In this document: one piece after another, positions 1 through 11,318 of the stretch
Numbering within the stretch: the first letter of the stretch is position 1
Layout: each line of letters starts with the position of its first letter
Source: Ruditapes philippinarum
Taxonomy: Eukaryota
Direction of reading: 5' to 3'
NCBI RefSeq assembly: GCF_026571515.1
Contig: NW_026857357.1
Coordinates: 248,001 to 312,000, forward strand
DNA length: 64,000 bases
Position numbers and translations under genes: made by a program
Notes under the pieces: model-generated
What the model was told of the DNA's origin: nothing
Seen by the model: only the letters and a program-made list of their open reading frames with translations
The model's database searches: none

Positions 1-110
1 ACCAATGCTTTCCAGCGTTTTAATTGTAGTAAATTGGCTATAAGACTAATTGCAACACTGATATTCAATCCAATGTTTATTTGACTTTAACAATTTAAAA
101 AAATAAGTTA

Positions 111-180
111 CCTTTACTGGGATTTGAACTCCAGACCTCTCGCTTCCTAAGCGAGCCCGAAAACCCTTTAGCCACGGTTA
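111..180 (-). pseudogene. tRNA-like sequence (degenerate tRNA or SINE head), copy 1
   Basis: Minus strand reads CCGTGGCTAAAGGG...CTCGC-TTAGGAA-GCGAG-AGGTC-TGGAGTTCAAATCCC: A-box-like, anticodon-like stem-loop and B-box-like GTTCAAATCC, followed by a T-run. T-arm pairing is imperfect. Confidence 0.5.
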
Positions 181-570
181 AATTTATATGTGAACGGCCT
201 GAAGAAAACCATATTATTCTAAATTAGGGCTTGTAACGACTTTTAACTGTTGTTTAACACAGATGTAAATAATCCTGAAGCTTACTATAAGCATGTATAT
301 TTATAAAGAATCAAAGGGCTTCAAGTTCTTTGGTATTTTCTGATCTTTGCAATCTAAATCGTACTGTATATCTGTATGCATTATCCTGTATAAGTTTATT
401 TTTATGTATTATAATTCATTTTGTAAGGCACATACGGAATTCTGCATAACTAGAGTTGCATCAAAAAATCATTTATGTACTTTTTTTACGACAGCCACAC
501 TTTATCCTTGTAAATCATGGCTACTTCCTTAACAAAAACAATTAAAAAAAGAATTTAACAAAAAAAAAAT

Positions 571-642
571 TTCCTCGACTTGGATTCGAACTCGAGACCT
601 CTCACTCACTAAGCGAGCGCGTTACCACTGTACCACGGAGAA
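571..642 (-). pseudogene. tRNA-like sequence (degenerate tRNA or SINE head), copy 2
   Basis: Minus strand reads CCGTGGTACAGTGGTAACGCG-CTCGC-TTAGTGA-GTGAG-AGGTC-TCGAGTTCGAATCC: A box, anticodon arm (AGT), B box GTTCGAATCC and a downstream oligo-T. The T stem does not pair well, so it is not called a functional tRNA. Confidence 0.55.
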
Positions 643-2410
643 GTTATACACAATATGTCTGAATAATATCAAGTCATTCTAAATTTAGAACTTCCATTGC
701 ATTCAGGTTTGTAATCCTTATTAATTTCGAGGTATTTTGTTCAGGGTAAACCTGTTGTTTAAAATTGAAGTAAATATTTTAGCGAAAATCCTCTCGCCCA
801 AACAGTCCGACATGTAGAATCTATATATTCCACTACTCGGTTTGTGTAGTATTCGGTAATCTACATGGCTAAAAATAGTATTTTCATTGACAAAATCATA
901 TTCATCCGCGTAATTTGTGATTGTGCATTTATTGACAATTCTATAAGCCAACGCTATTGTTTAACTTTAAATGCGTTGTAATTTGTTGGATACTTGTAAC
1001 AAAATAAAATATTTCTTTCTTTTAAATCGCTAGTTTTAAGCTGTTTTGAGAACTACTTGTTGTTAGGTTTGTCATAAACTTCTGTGTCAGAGATTGAATG
1101 TCCGCTTTGTATTTAGTTATTTTCGATCAGAAAATACCAGAAAACAATATTAGAAATCTTCGACCATTCGGGAATTACTTTGCTTGAAAATTGATGCGCC
1201 TGTCTTTGACCATCTTTACGCAGTGATCTCCCCTGAATTTTTCGGCTTTAGTGTACATACAAAAGGGAAGTAACCGCTTCAAAAAAGTGGACTACTTTCG
1301 GCATTTGCAATTAAGAACATTAGACTCTGAAATTTCGCTACCATTATTTGTTTGGTCTGACGACCCAAACAAATAAAAATGACAGTTTTTCGACCTCTTA
1401 AAGGCCTATTGAGTCTCAAAATGCTATCATTGTTATTCTTCTTTTAAAGCCTTTTTTGTGTTATGTTGCAGTTTCCAAAAAAGTGCTCATTGGCCAATTA
1501 CATGAGCAGTCCTTTTCTTCGTTTGTGTTATACCAGTATGTACACGTACAGTAAATATGTTGTATGGAATTCAAAATACCACTTTGTTTACATTTTCTAC
1601 AATTAAGACAATTCTAATATACAGTTAGTTATATTTTCTTCAAGAGAAAGCATTTATAAATGTAAAACACATTTTCCTTTCCTCAGAAGAAAAAACCCTA
1701 ACATTTCTGAGGCTTAACGGGCCTTCAAATTTGTTAATGTAATTATTTTTTTCCATCAACTGTGTTTAATAATAAAAAGCAACCATGCATTTAAATGCTA
1801 AATCACATGTACAAAATATTAATTTATTTAACCCTGCCCGAAGTGCAGTATGATAACTACATGTATAATTATGTAATTATATGTATGATTATGTTCAGCA
1901 TTCAATATTTTTTTATGCGAGCAGATGAAAATATTGAATTAAATTTAGAAAGGAATTCAATTTAGTACAAATCTATCCACGTGCCATAGGCACGTGAAAT
2001 TTAAGTGCGCACATAATTATATAATTATATTTGTATGCTACTTAGAAATTTTTTTGTTCCTTTCTTTTTCTGATTACATGTTGTTCTTACATAAAGCATA
2101 ATGACGAATTATTCATAGTGCCACATCAATAATTATGCCTTTTGTTTAGTCTATTGAGCTCGATTAAACTTTGCATCAAGTCTTTTTGAAAAATGAAACG
2201 AGCGTAATTAGAATATTTTGCAAAACATATGCTATTAACGCATCAATGTCATTCTCATTGCTATTAATTTACGTATGTCTAACATTTATTTCGTCACTGT
2301 ATTAATTTCTTTTCATTCTTCTTGTAAACAATAAACACCTGTCAAAATTTACTACACTTCCGGGTGGAAGTTGGGGAAATACGTGTCTTTTACGGGGACT
2401 TCAACGTAGA

Positions 2411-2461
2411 CCAATGAAAATCCTCCACACAGAAATAGTCAACCAATCAGAAAATAACACG
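2411..2461 (+). promoter_or_regulatory. Tandem ER stress response elements (ERSE) of the BiP promoter
   Basis: CCAAT-gaaaatcct-CCACA (2411-2429) and CCAAT-cagaaaata-ACACG (2443-2461) both have exact N9 spacing matching the consensus CCAAT-N9-CCACG. ACGT-core sites lie nearby (2380, 2405, 2478, 2502). The pair sits just upstream of the putative non-coding first exon (donor AAG|GTAAG at 2625/2626). Confidence 0.8.
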
Positions 2462-3073
2462 ACGAATAATCCAGAAGACGTACGGCGTTGTGTATTGAAA
2501 TACGTCACATCCAAGAAAATTCAGTAACAGTTTGGACACGAAAATTAAAAGAAATACGACTTAAATACTATTGTAATTGTGATAATATTAGAGAATCGTA
2601 TACAAGGAATCATAAGAAATTGAAGGTAAGTTATTTAAAATAGATCTTGTATAATATTTTATTGAATTTATTTAGCCGGCCGGTGTCTGAAAAACCGGCA
2701 TGTTGCACGTCACCAGATTGTAAAATGTATTTTCTGATCATTTTGTTGAAACATCCTAATGTCGTTTGTATTAATTTATATAATTTAGATATTGCTAGTA
2801 TTAATAATAACAAAATTTGTATATTTAGTAAATAAGTGAAATTTATTGTGGGGTTGAACCGTTTCCAGAAGTTTCTATTTATCAATTTATCATACTCGTA
2901 GCCTTTTTAGGCATGTATTTTCATATTCAATAGGGCTTTTTATAGCTATTAACTAGAACTCCATTTAACTTTTAACTAGAATTCACTTAAATGAAGACTG
3001 ATTAAAGATTGGAATTAAATTTAATGATAAAAATGCTAAATTAACTAACTTTTTTACATTGGTAATTACAGAA

Positions 3074-6000
3074 ATGAAAAGATACGTGTTATTGTGCTGT
3101 GCAGCTTTGCTGCTATTCTCAGTAGTTGTAAGGGCAGAAGATGATGAGGGCGAAGGAGAGGAGAAAAAGAAGAAAGAAGATGTTGGAACTGTAATTGGAA
3201 TTGACTTGGGAACAACATATTCATGGTGAGTATCTCCAGTTAGACTAGTCATTTAAATAGTATATATGGACAGAAATACATACATGTAAATGCCTATAGT
3301 ATCTGTGGATAGAAATATATAAATACCCATGGTTCTTCACCATAAAATTATGATAGTTATTTCAAGTTGGCAAAGTTTAATTGAAAAGTAATAAGTCTGT
3401 GAGTTATATGTATATAAAAGAAATTCAACTGGAAACTTTAGCGGGATCATTGTTTCTTTACACAGATTATTCTTAAGAAGTAATATAAGTAAAGATCTGA
3501 AAACTGCAGGTCAATGGTAACTTATATATATATATATATTTTTCTAAATTCTATTATTTTCAGTGTTGGTGTATACAGAAACAAACGTGTTGAAATCATT
3601 GCCAACGACCAAGGTAACCGTATTACTCCCTCATACGTGGCTTTCACTGATGACGGGGAGCGTCTCATTGGGGATGCTGCTAAGAACCAGCTTACCAGCA
3701 ATCCTGAGAACACCATCTTTGATGTGAAACGTTTTATTGGTAGAAACTGGGAAGACAAGTCTGTTCAACATGATGTAAAGTACTACCCATTTAAGGTCGT
3801 AAACAAGAACAGCAAACCTCATGTTCAAGCTAAAGTGAAGGGAGCCGATAAAATGTTCGCCCCAGAAGAAATATCTGCTATGGTTTTGGGAAAGATGAAG
3901 GAAGTGGCTGAAGATTACCTGGGAGAGACAGTTAAGAATGCTGTTGTAACTGTACCAGCCTACTTCAATGATGCTCAGAGACAGGCTACAAAAGATGCTG
4001 GCGCCATTGCTGGTCTTAATGTGATGAGAATCATTAATGAGCCGTAAGTACTGCGAAACAAACATAAATTAAAATTTTCAATATAAAAGTTGTACAAAAT
4101 CAGTTCAAACAGAATTTATTTTAGTTTGGTTGTGTAGCAACTGTAAACTTAAGTGATACACTCAGAAATCCAGCTATACACTCTCGAAAACCAAACATTA
4201 CAAAGCAATAAGTGTTAAGTTTCTTGATTAAGGTAATGCCTTGCCCCTGGCAGGGTCTTGACCCATGCAACCAGCAATCTTTGAATAGTGATTTAATAGA
4301 AACATTTCAAAGAATATAAGCTTTAAAAACTTTAGTAATATATAAGTAGATGTCATCATATTTTAGAAATTTGAAGAGTTGAGTTGAATAAATGCGGGCT
4401 TAAAAAATTAAAAATCTTGTTTCACATTTGCAGGACTGCTGCTGCTATTGCTTACGGTCTTGATAAGAAGGAAGGTGAGAAGAATATTCTCGTGTTTGAT
4501 CTTGGAGGTGGTACCTTTGATGTCTCCATTCTCACCATTGATGATGGTGTATTTGAAGTACTTGCTACCAACGGAGACACTCACTTGGGTGGTGAAGATT
4601 TCGACCAGCGTGTGATGGAGCACTTCATGAAATTGTACAAGAAGAAGAAGGGTAAGGACATCAGAAAGGACAACCGTGCTGTACAGAAACTCCGTCGTGA
4701 AGTTGAGAAGGCCAAGAGAGCTCTGTCCTCCCAGCATCAGACCAAAATTGAAATTGAATCTCTTTTTGATGGTGAAGATTTCAGTGAATCCTTGACCAGA
4801 GCTAAATTTGAAGAATTGAACATGGTATGTACACTACACTTAACAGTACTTATTACAGTTATTGTCAAAAGAGGAATTTTTTATTACATTACATATTGAT
4901 ATTACTAGTTAGGAATAATGAATCATCAATACTTAACAATTAACAATAATTATAAAACCTTCAAACTATAGAAATAAATGAGATACCAAAAAAATTATTT
5001 TTTTTTAAACTGGTAAAGTATAGTTGTATCAATTTTTCAGGACCTGTTCAGATCTACTTTGAAACCAGTACAGAAGGTTATGGAAGATGGAGATCTTAAG
5101 ATTTCTGATATTAATGAAATAGTCTTGGTTGGTGGATCAACAAGAATTCCAAAAGTTCAACAACTTGTTAAAGATTACTTCAATGGAAAGGTATGTTCTC
5201 ATTGTATTTTAAGCCTTTGTATATTGTCATTAACTCTGGGAAAATTAGGAATAAGAAAATATTAAAGTGACTTGCCTTGTCAATTGACAAAATTTTATAT
5301 CTGCACTGTAGAAGATTTAGATCTAATATGAATTCTTAGGGAGAATTTCACATTTCTTTGAAAGTTAAATTTTTTTGATTTCTGATGTTTTGCAAACAAG
5401 TAAGGTTGTAGGTTATAAGCACAGGAATATCTGTTTTGGGCTTATATTTTAAAATGCAACATCATCTTTAAGTATTAACACTACCGCTAACTTTGTACAT
5501 GAGTTTTATATTTTCAAGTATGCATACTTAACGGTATTGTGTATTTTTGTAGGAACCAAGCAGAGGTATTAACCCTGATGAAGCTGTGGCTTATGGAGCT
5601 GCTGTTCAGGCTGGAGTGCTTAGTGGACAGGAAGACACCAGTGACCTTGTCCTTCTCGACGTTAACCCTCTTACCATGGGTATCGAAACTGTTGGTGGCG
5701 TCATGACCAAACTTATCCCAAGAAACACTGTCATCCCAACAAAGAAGTCCCAAATTTTCTCCACAGCCGCTGATAACCAGCCAACTGTAACAATCCAGGT
5801 GTTTGAAGGAGAACGTCCAATGACCAAAGATAATCATTTGCTCGGAAAGTTTGATCTTACTGGCATTCCACCAGCACCAAGAGGAGTTCCCCAGATTGAG
5901 GTCACATTCGAAATTGATGTAAACGGTATCCTGAGAGTAACTGCTGAAGATAAGGGAACGGGAAGCAAAAATCATATTGTCATCACCAACGATAATAACA

Positions 6001-6380
6001 GACTTTCACCCGAAGACATTGAAAGAATGATTAACGATGCTGATAAATATGCTGCTGAAGACGCTGCTATGAAAGAAAAGGTTGAAGCCAAAAATGAACT
6101 TGAAAGCTATGCTTATTCATTGAAAAATCAAATTAATGACAAGGAAAAATTGGGAGCTAAACTTAGTGATGAAGATAAAGAAAGCATTGAAACTGCTTTA
6201 GATGAAAAAATTAAATGGTTAGAAGCTAATGCTGATGCAGATACTGAGGACTTTAAAGCACAAAAGAAAGAACTTGATGAAATTGTTCAACCCATTATGA
6301 GCAAACTTTACCAAGGTGCCGGTGGTGAGGGTGGAGCACCTCCACCTGGTGGTGAAGAGGGTGATCACGACGAGTTGTAA
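3074..6380 (+). CDS. HSPA5: Endoplasmic reticulum chaperone BiP / GRP78 (Hsp70 family)
   Basis: Exons 3074-3225, 3564-4043, 4434-4824, 5041-5190, 5553-6380 have canonical GT-AG introns and consistent phases. Signal peptide [21 protein letters not shown]; Hsp70 signatures [25 protein letters not shown] and [14 protein letters not shown]; C-terminal ER retention signal HDEL. A probable 5'UTR intron spans 2626-3071. Confidence 0.98.
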
Positions 6381-8645
6381 TGCACGTCTAACTTAGGGAT
6401 ATCATTATAAATATTGTTAATTTATCATTTACATCATTATGGGGGTTTATACATAATATGGGTAGTAACCATCGAGTAGAAGGCAGGAGTTGTCCGATTG
6501 ACTTCTCAATTGTCTCTTGAGCGTGTGATAATGATAAAAGGGCAAGGAATACCGATTCCTGGTTGGAAATGTTGATTGTTATACCTGCCTGAAACTCTTA
6601 GTGTATGGGCTCCGAGCAGATTTGAAACAATGTGATACTGGCATTACAGATTACTGTGTCAAACCTATGTCACCATTCCTCATTTCTATCACACATATTA
6701 TCATCAAAATGTTTGAAAAGTTTACATTCAACTGTTGCTGATGTTTTTGAATAAGTATTGAAAAACAGGAAAGTTGTTAAAATTTGAATAAGTGTAGTAT
6801 TTGGGACCATGTGAACATGACATTAGATTCTCGTGTGTCTAAAGTTCATTACTTTTCATTTCATGCTAAGAAAAAAATATGGACATTGGTACTTGTGAAG
6901 GAGTTGAGACTGCTTATCAATGTTTATAAAAGAAATGATTATGAGAAAGTCTGAATGTTGAGAACCGAGTTGATAAATGACAAGTTATATTTTTCTATTT
7001 ATTAAACTTGTTTGTGCAAATTTAGTACTAGTTTAATGAGCACGTTAAGTAGTATGTATCTTAAGTGTGTCTAATAAAGACGTATGTATTGTTTAAAGGT
7101 TCAAGTTCATACGCAGATCAGTGCATAATTATATTTCCAACTTGCTTTTCTTTATTTTGTACGAAATGAAAGTTGCTCAGTGCTAAGTTTCTTAAATTAT
7201 TTTGTGTGTAAATTGTTCTATATAAATAGTAAATTGAAGTTTGTGTTCTGCAGTCAGTTGTGAAATTGCCTTTTGGGAATAAGTTTTGCATTGTGCAATA
7301 AAGAATGACTGGAAAAAATTAAAAAGAAAAGGGCCTAGTGGAACTTTTCTTAGATTTTGAATAAGATTCCATTTTTAGGAGCGTGAATTTGTTTCAAATA
7401 ATTGGTAAATTTGGCAGAACATTGTGCAAGAGTTTATCTTGTGAATAGTTTTGGTGTAGCAAACTGTGTAAATGTTTGTAAAAATGAAGATGGATGAATG
7501 CCGTAACTGAATTGTGAAACTGTGTATAGAAAATATAGTTTTGTGATAAAAAGTATGTTAAAATTTTATTTGTGACATGTTGTATTGAATTATTGACATT
7601 AAAAAAATGAAAATACCAAGTTAAAACTGTATTTGTTATTTTCTTAAGTTACAAATGCTAATTTCCTTTTGATAAAATATGCGAAAAAAGTACTTGCCAT
7701 GGACAAAGCACTGGAGTCCTACACTGAACATTACACTAAATAATCTAGGTAAAAATAAATATCCATATGTACCTGTAGGTGTTTGTTAATGTCAACTCTC
7801 GGGTTTGGAAAAGACTGGTCCTTAAGTTTGTACAGGCCGATCTGTTGGACTGCTATCTTCAGAATTGATCTACAATTATTATCAAAGTCTAGTGACTTGG
7901 TTAATGTGATGTTCACAGAGGCTGAAATCGAATTATCTAAATGTTTTATCAAAATATCAAATAAAATTCATCATTTGGTAGGTTTTTCAAAGTTTTCTGA
8001 CACTCTTTTGACGCAAGCAAGCCATAAATAGCGAACTGAAAGCGCAAAGGTTATTTACCTGTTTTCAGAATTCAGTTCCATTTTCAAGTGCATAATTGTT
8101 CATAAGAAGGTGCAGGCAAAACCCATTTATTGTTTATCCTGAAGGAATGCTGTGTGAATCTGTAATTTACACACATGTATGTTTAACATAACATTATTTT
8201 TGAATGGTCGATTTGTACTCCTTAAACCATAAAGCTGACGGTTAAATTTAGCCGCACTCTTGAGGATGTTGGGATTTAGTTTGACTTGAACAAAATCACC
8301 AGGCCCAGGTGAAATACATGTATAATCCCTTACTATTGACAGGAGGCACAACACTGTTGTATAATAAGTGTAACAATGGTGGTGGCATGGCAAAGGCTAC
8401 CACTGTTTTATAAAATGTACTGGCTTTATTCATTCCCAGCCCAGCTGGCATAATATTAATAGCCAAGAACTTTGGGTGCTGTATTCTTTGTCTGTCAAAA
8501 GCTTTACATAGCTAGTGTAAACTGTTATATGATATTTCTGACAACGAATTATTTATTTATATAAAGGAGCACAAGGACATCTGATGATCTTTAAATTTAA
8601 CCAGTCATTTGTGGTTCCATTTTGACAAATTAAAGTGAATGGTGT

Positions 8646-10080
8646 TTTTATGCTCCCCGAAAAATTTCGGGGGAGCATATCAGTCAATGCGAAAGTCAAA
8701 ATTTTTTTCCAGCCACAAGGACTCAGATACTTAGATTTATTTCCGGCCCTGATGATTTTTTTGCGGCCCGGACTCTGAAAGGTATTTTTTGTAGGGGTGG
8801 GGGAGGGATATTGCCATAATTATAAACAAACATATTCAGCAAATATGAATTATCAGACTCAACTATAAGATACTATGAAAAAAATATACAGAAACATAAT
8901 AAATTAAACAGTTTTGCATATTTTAGGCCAAAAATTGTTTCAAACTGGCTGAAATTTTATTCGGACATGAGGACTGACTGTATCGAAATTTATATCGGCC
9001 CTCCTGATTTTTAGTTGGCGAGGTCCGAGGACCGACAGACTTTCGCACAGACTGGCATATAGTCGGCGCCTTGTCCGTCTGTCCGTCCGTTTTCTTGTCC
9101 GGAGCATAACTTGAAAACCCTTGGAGATAATTTGTTTAAACTTCATACAGTGGTAGAGGGCATTGAGGGGGAGTGCAGTGTCAAAGAACCATAACTCTAT
9201 TTTGCCCGGTTTTTTAATTATCTCCCCTTATAGAAAAATCTTGTCCGGGGCATAACTCTAAAACTATAAGAGATATCAACATGAAACTTTGTAGGTGAAT
9301 AGATCTCAATGGGTAGATGTGCAGTGCATAAGAACAATAACTCTTTTTGTCCTAATTTTGGAGTTATTGCCCTTTGTTAATTTCAACACTTTGAACTTTG
9401 TCCGGAACATAACTCTAAAACTATAAGAGATATCAAGATGAAACATTATAGGTTGATAGATCTCATTGAGTAGAAGTGCAGTGCAAAAGAACCATAACTC
9501 TGTTAAGCCTCATTTTTGAATTATCTCCCCTTATAGAAGAATCTTGTCAGGGGCATAACTCTAAAATTATAAGAGATATCAAGATGAAACATTGTAGGTA
9601 GATAGATCTCATTGAGTAGAAGTGCAGTGCAAAAAAACCATAACTCTGTTAAGCCTCATTTTTGAATTATCTCCCCTTTAAGAAAAATCTTGTACTGGAC
9701 ATAGCTGTAAAACTATAAGAGATATCAACATGAAACTTTGTGGGTAGATGTATCTCAATGGGTAGATGTGCAGTGCACGAGAATCATAACTCTGTTTTGC
9801 CTAATTCTGGAGTTATTGCCCTTTGTTTATTTTACTTTTTGAAGTTGTCCGGAACATAACTCGGAAACCATAAGAGATATCAACAAGAAACTTGGTAAGT
9901 TGATAGATAACAGTGATTAGAAGTGCAGTGCAAAGAATAGTAACCCTGCCTTTCCTAATTTTGGACTTATTGCACTTTAAACTTTTTCCATGGACATAAC
10001 TCTGAAACTACAAGAGGTGTGCTTTCCTGTGTCCAAAACCTATTCGGGGAGCATCACCCGGCTCAAACCAGGCTCTTGTT
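8646..10080 (+). mobile_element. Non-autonomous Helentron-type element (HINE/pearl-like) with internal ~150-160 bp tandem array
   Basis: 5' hairpin ATGCTCCCCGAA..TTCGGGGGAGCAT, TCCG/TCTG microsatellite (9073-9090), about 6 diverged repeats containing CATAACTCTAAAACTATAAGAGATATCAA, 3' sub-terminal inverted repeat TTCGGGGAGCAT (10043-10054), end CTTGTT. Confidence 0.75.
8681..9054. mobile_element. 374-bp MITE with 17-bp TIRs and a 6-bp TSD, nested in the HINE
   Basis: TIRs CAGTCAATGCGAAAGTC and GACTTTCGCACAGACTG (15/17 match), flanked by direct repeat GCATAT at 8675-8680 and 9055-9060. Confidence 0.85.
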
Positions 10081-11318
10081 CTTACTACAATTACCTCTGA
10101 ATAAAACTGTAATGTGAAGTTTTGAATTATTGGATACATTTTTGACTTCCATACTTAACGTATAAACAGTGTAAATACAATACTATTTCCTGTTGCAGCA
10201 ATAAATATTCAAGTTGAAAGATACTCCGGCTTTTTAGAAAGGTTACAGTGATTTAATGAAGTAACACACTTGTAATCGCAAGATGGGGTAACTCATTTAA
10301 TTGACTAAATGTAATAAGGCTTGCAAGACATTGTACAGTGATTTGGTTCATACACTGTAATATTCACAGGTGGTCCACAAAGTTTTCTACAGTTCTTTCA
10401 ATATGTCTTGCACTAATCCTTGATAAAGCCTTGATCTAAATGAAGGTTGACCCGTGTAGGCCAACTTCTTCAGGGGTTTTGGACATGGACCCCCAAGAAT
10501 AGGTGTTACACTGCCTTTAAGAAGCCACACCACTGTAAAGTCATTTAAACTGCAATTGTGAAATCTTCTGAAATGCATGGTAATTTCTGAATTATATTTC
10601 AATTAAGCAATTATAGAAATATGTAAATTTTCTATATTTCAATTTAGGTTAACATTTTGTGTATTTCTTATCTTTTGCATATTTTTTTCTGTTTTAAGTG
10701 ACCCAATTGATCTATTTAAGACCTTCGGATTTTTATGTTTTAGGCTTCTGGACCTAAACTGAATACAGCTCATAAAAGACATCAAACTTGAGCAATCCCA
10801 AAATGTAGTTCTGGTGACCTCCCCTGAGTTGCTGCCAATAATTTAGTACAATGCAACCTTATAATATAAACATTTAGTGGTGTTCAATATGCAGAAAATA
10901 TGTTAAATTCAATGATATTGAAGGGGGTCATAAAAGGACACGAAGAGAAATTAAACATGACCAATTCTCTTATAAATATCTGACTACATCTTGTTCTCTT
11001 ATAAATATCTGACTACATCTTGCATTCATTTCTAACGACTATTAATTAACACGCATCACCGTTTATGCTAAGTCACTTCCGGGAGAATGAAAACAATAAA
11101 AAACTAACATTATTTTAAGGAAAATTTAATCTTGTGCTTTATATTGTTCTTTTAGATATTATACATTTATTTCAAATTAACAGTTATGTTTAAACGTTCG
11201 ACTTTCACACGCTGATATTTTGTGACATCGCCAACTAAAAGTGCTACCACAGATTCAGATTGGGCAATTTTATTGACGTTTAGTTTTGTCATCTGTTTAA
11301 ACTCGTTCTACAGTTACG

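Noticed and set aside
571-642. Functional tRNA-Thr(AGT) gene
   Set aside because: T-stem and acceptor stem pair poorly; kept only as a tRNA-like sequence.
3522-5975. Antisense ORFs over BiP exons (3522-3758, 3631-4065, 4408-4737, 5514-5975, 5606-5827, also 2983-3252)
   Set aside because: Shadow ORFs confined to Hsp70 coding exons; open antisense frames are a known by-product of Hsp70 codon usage.
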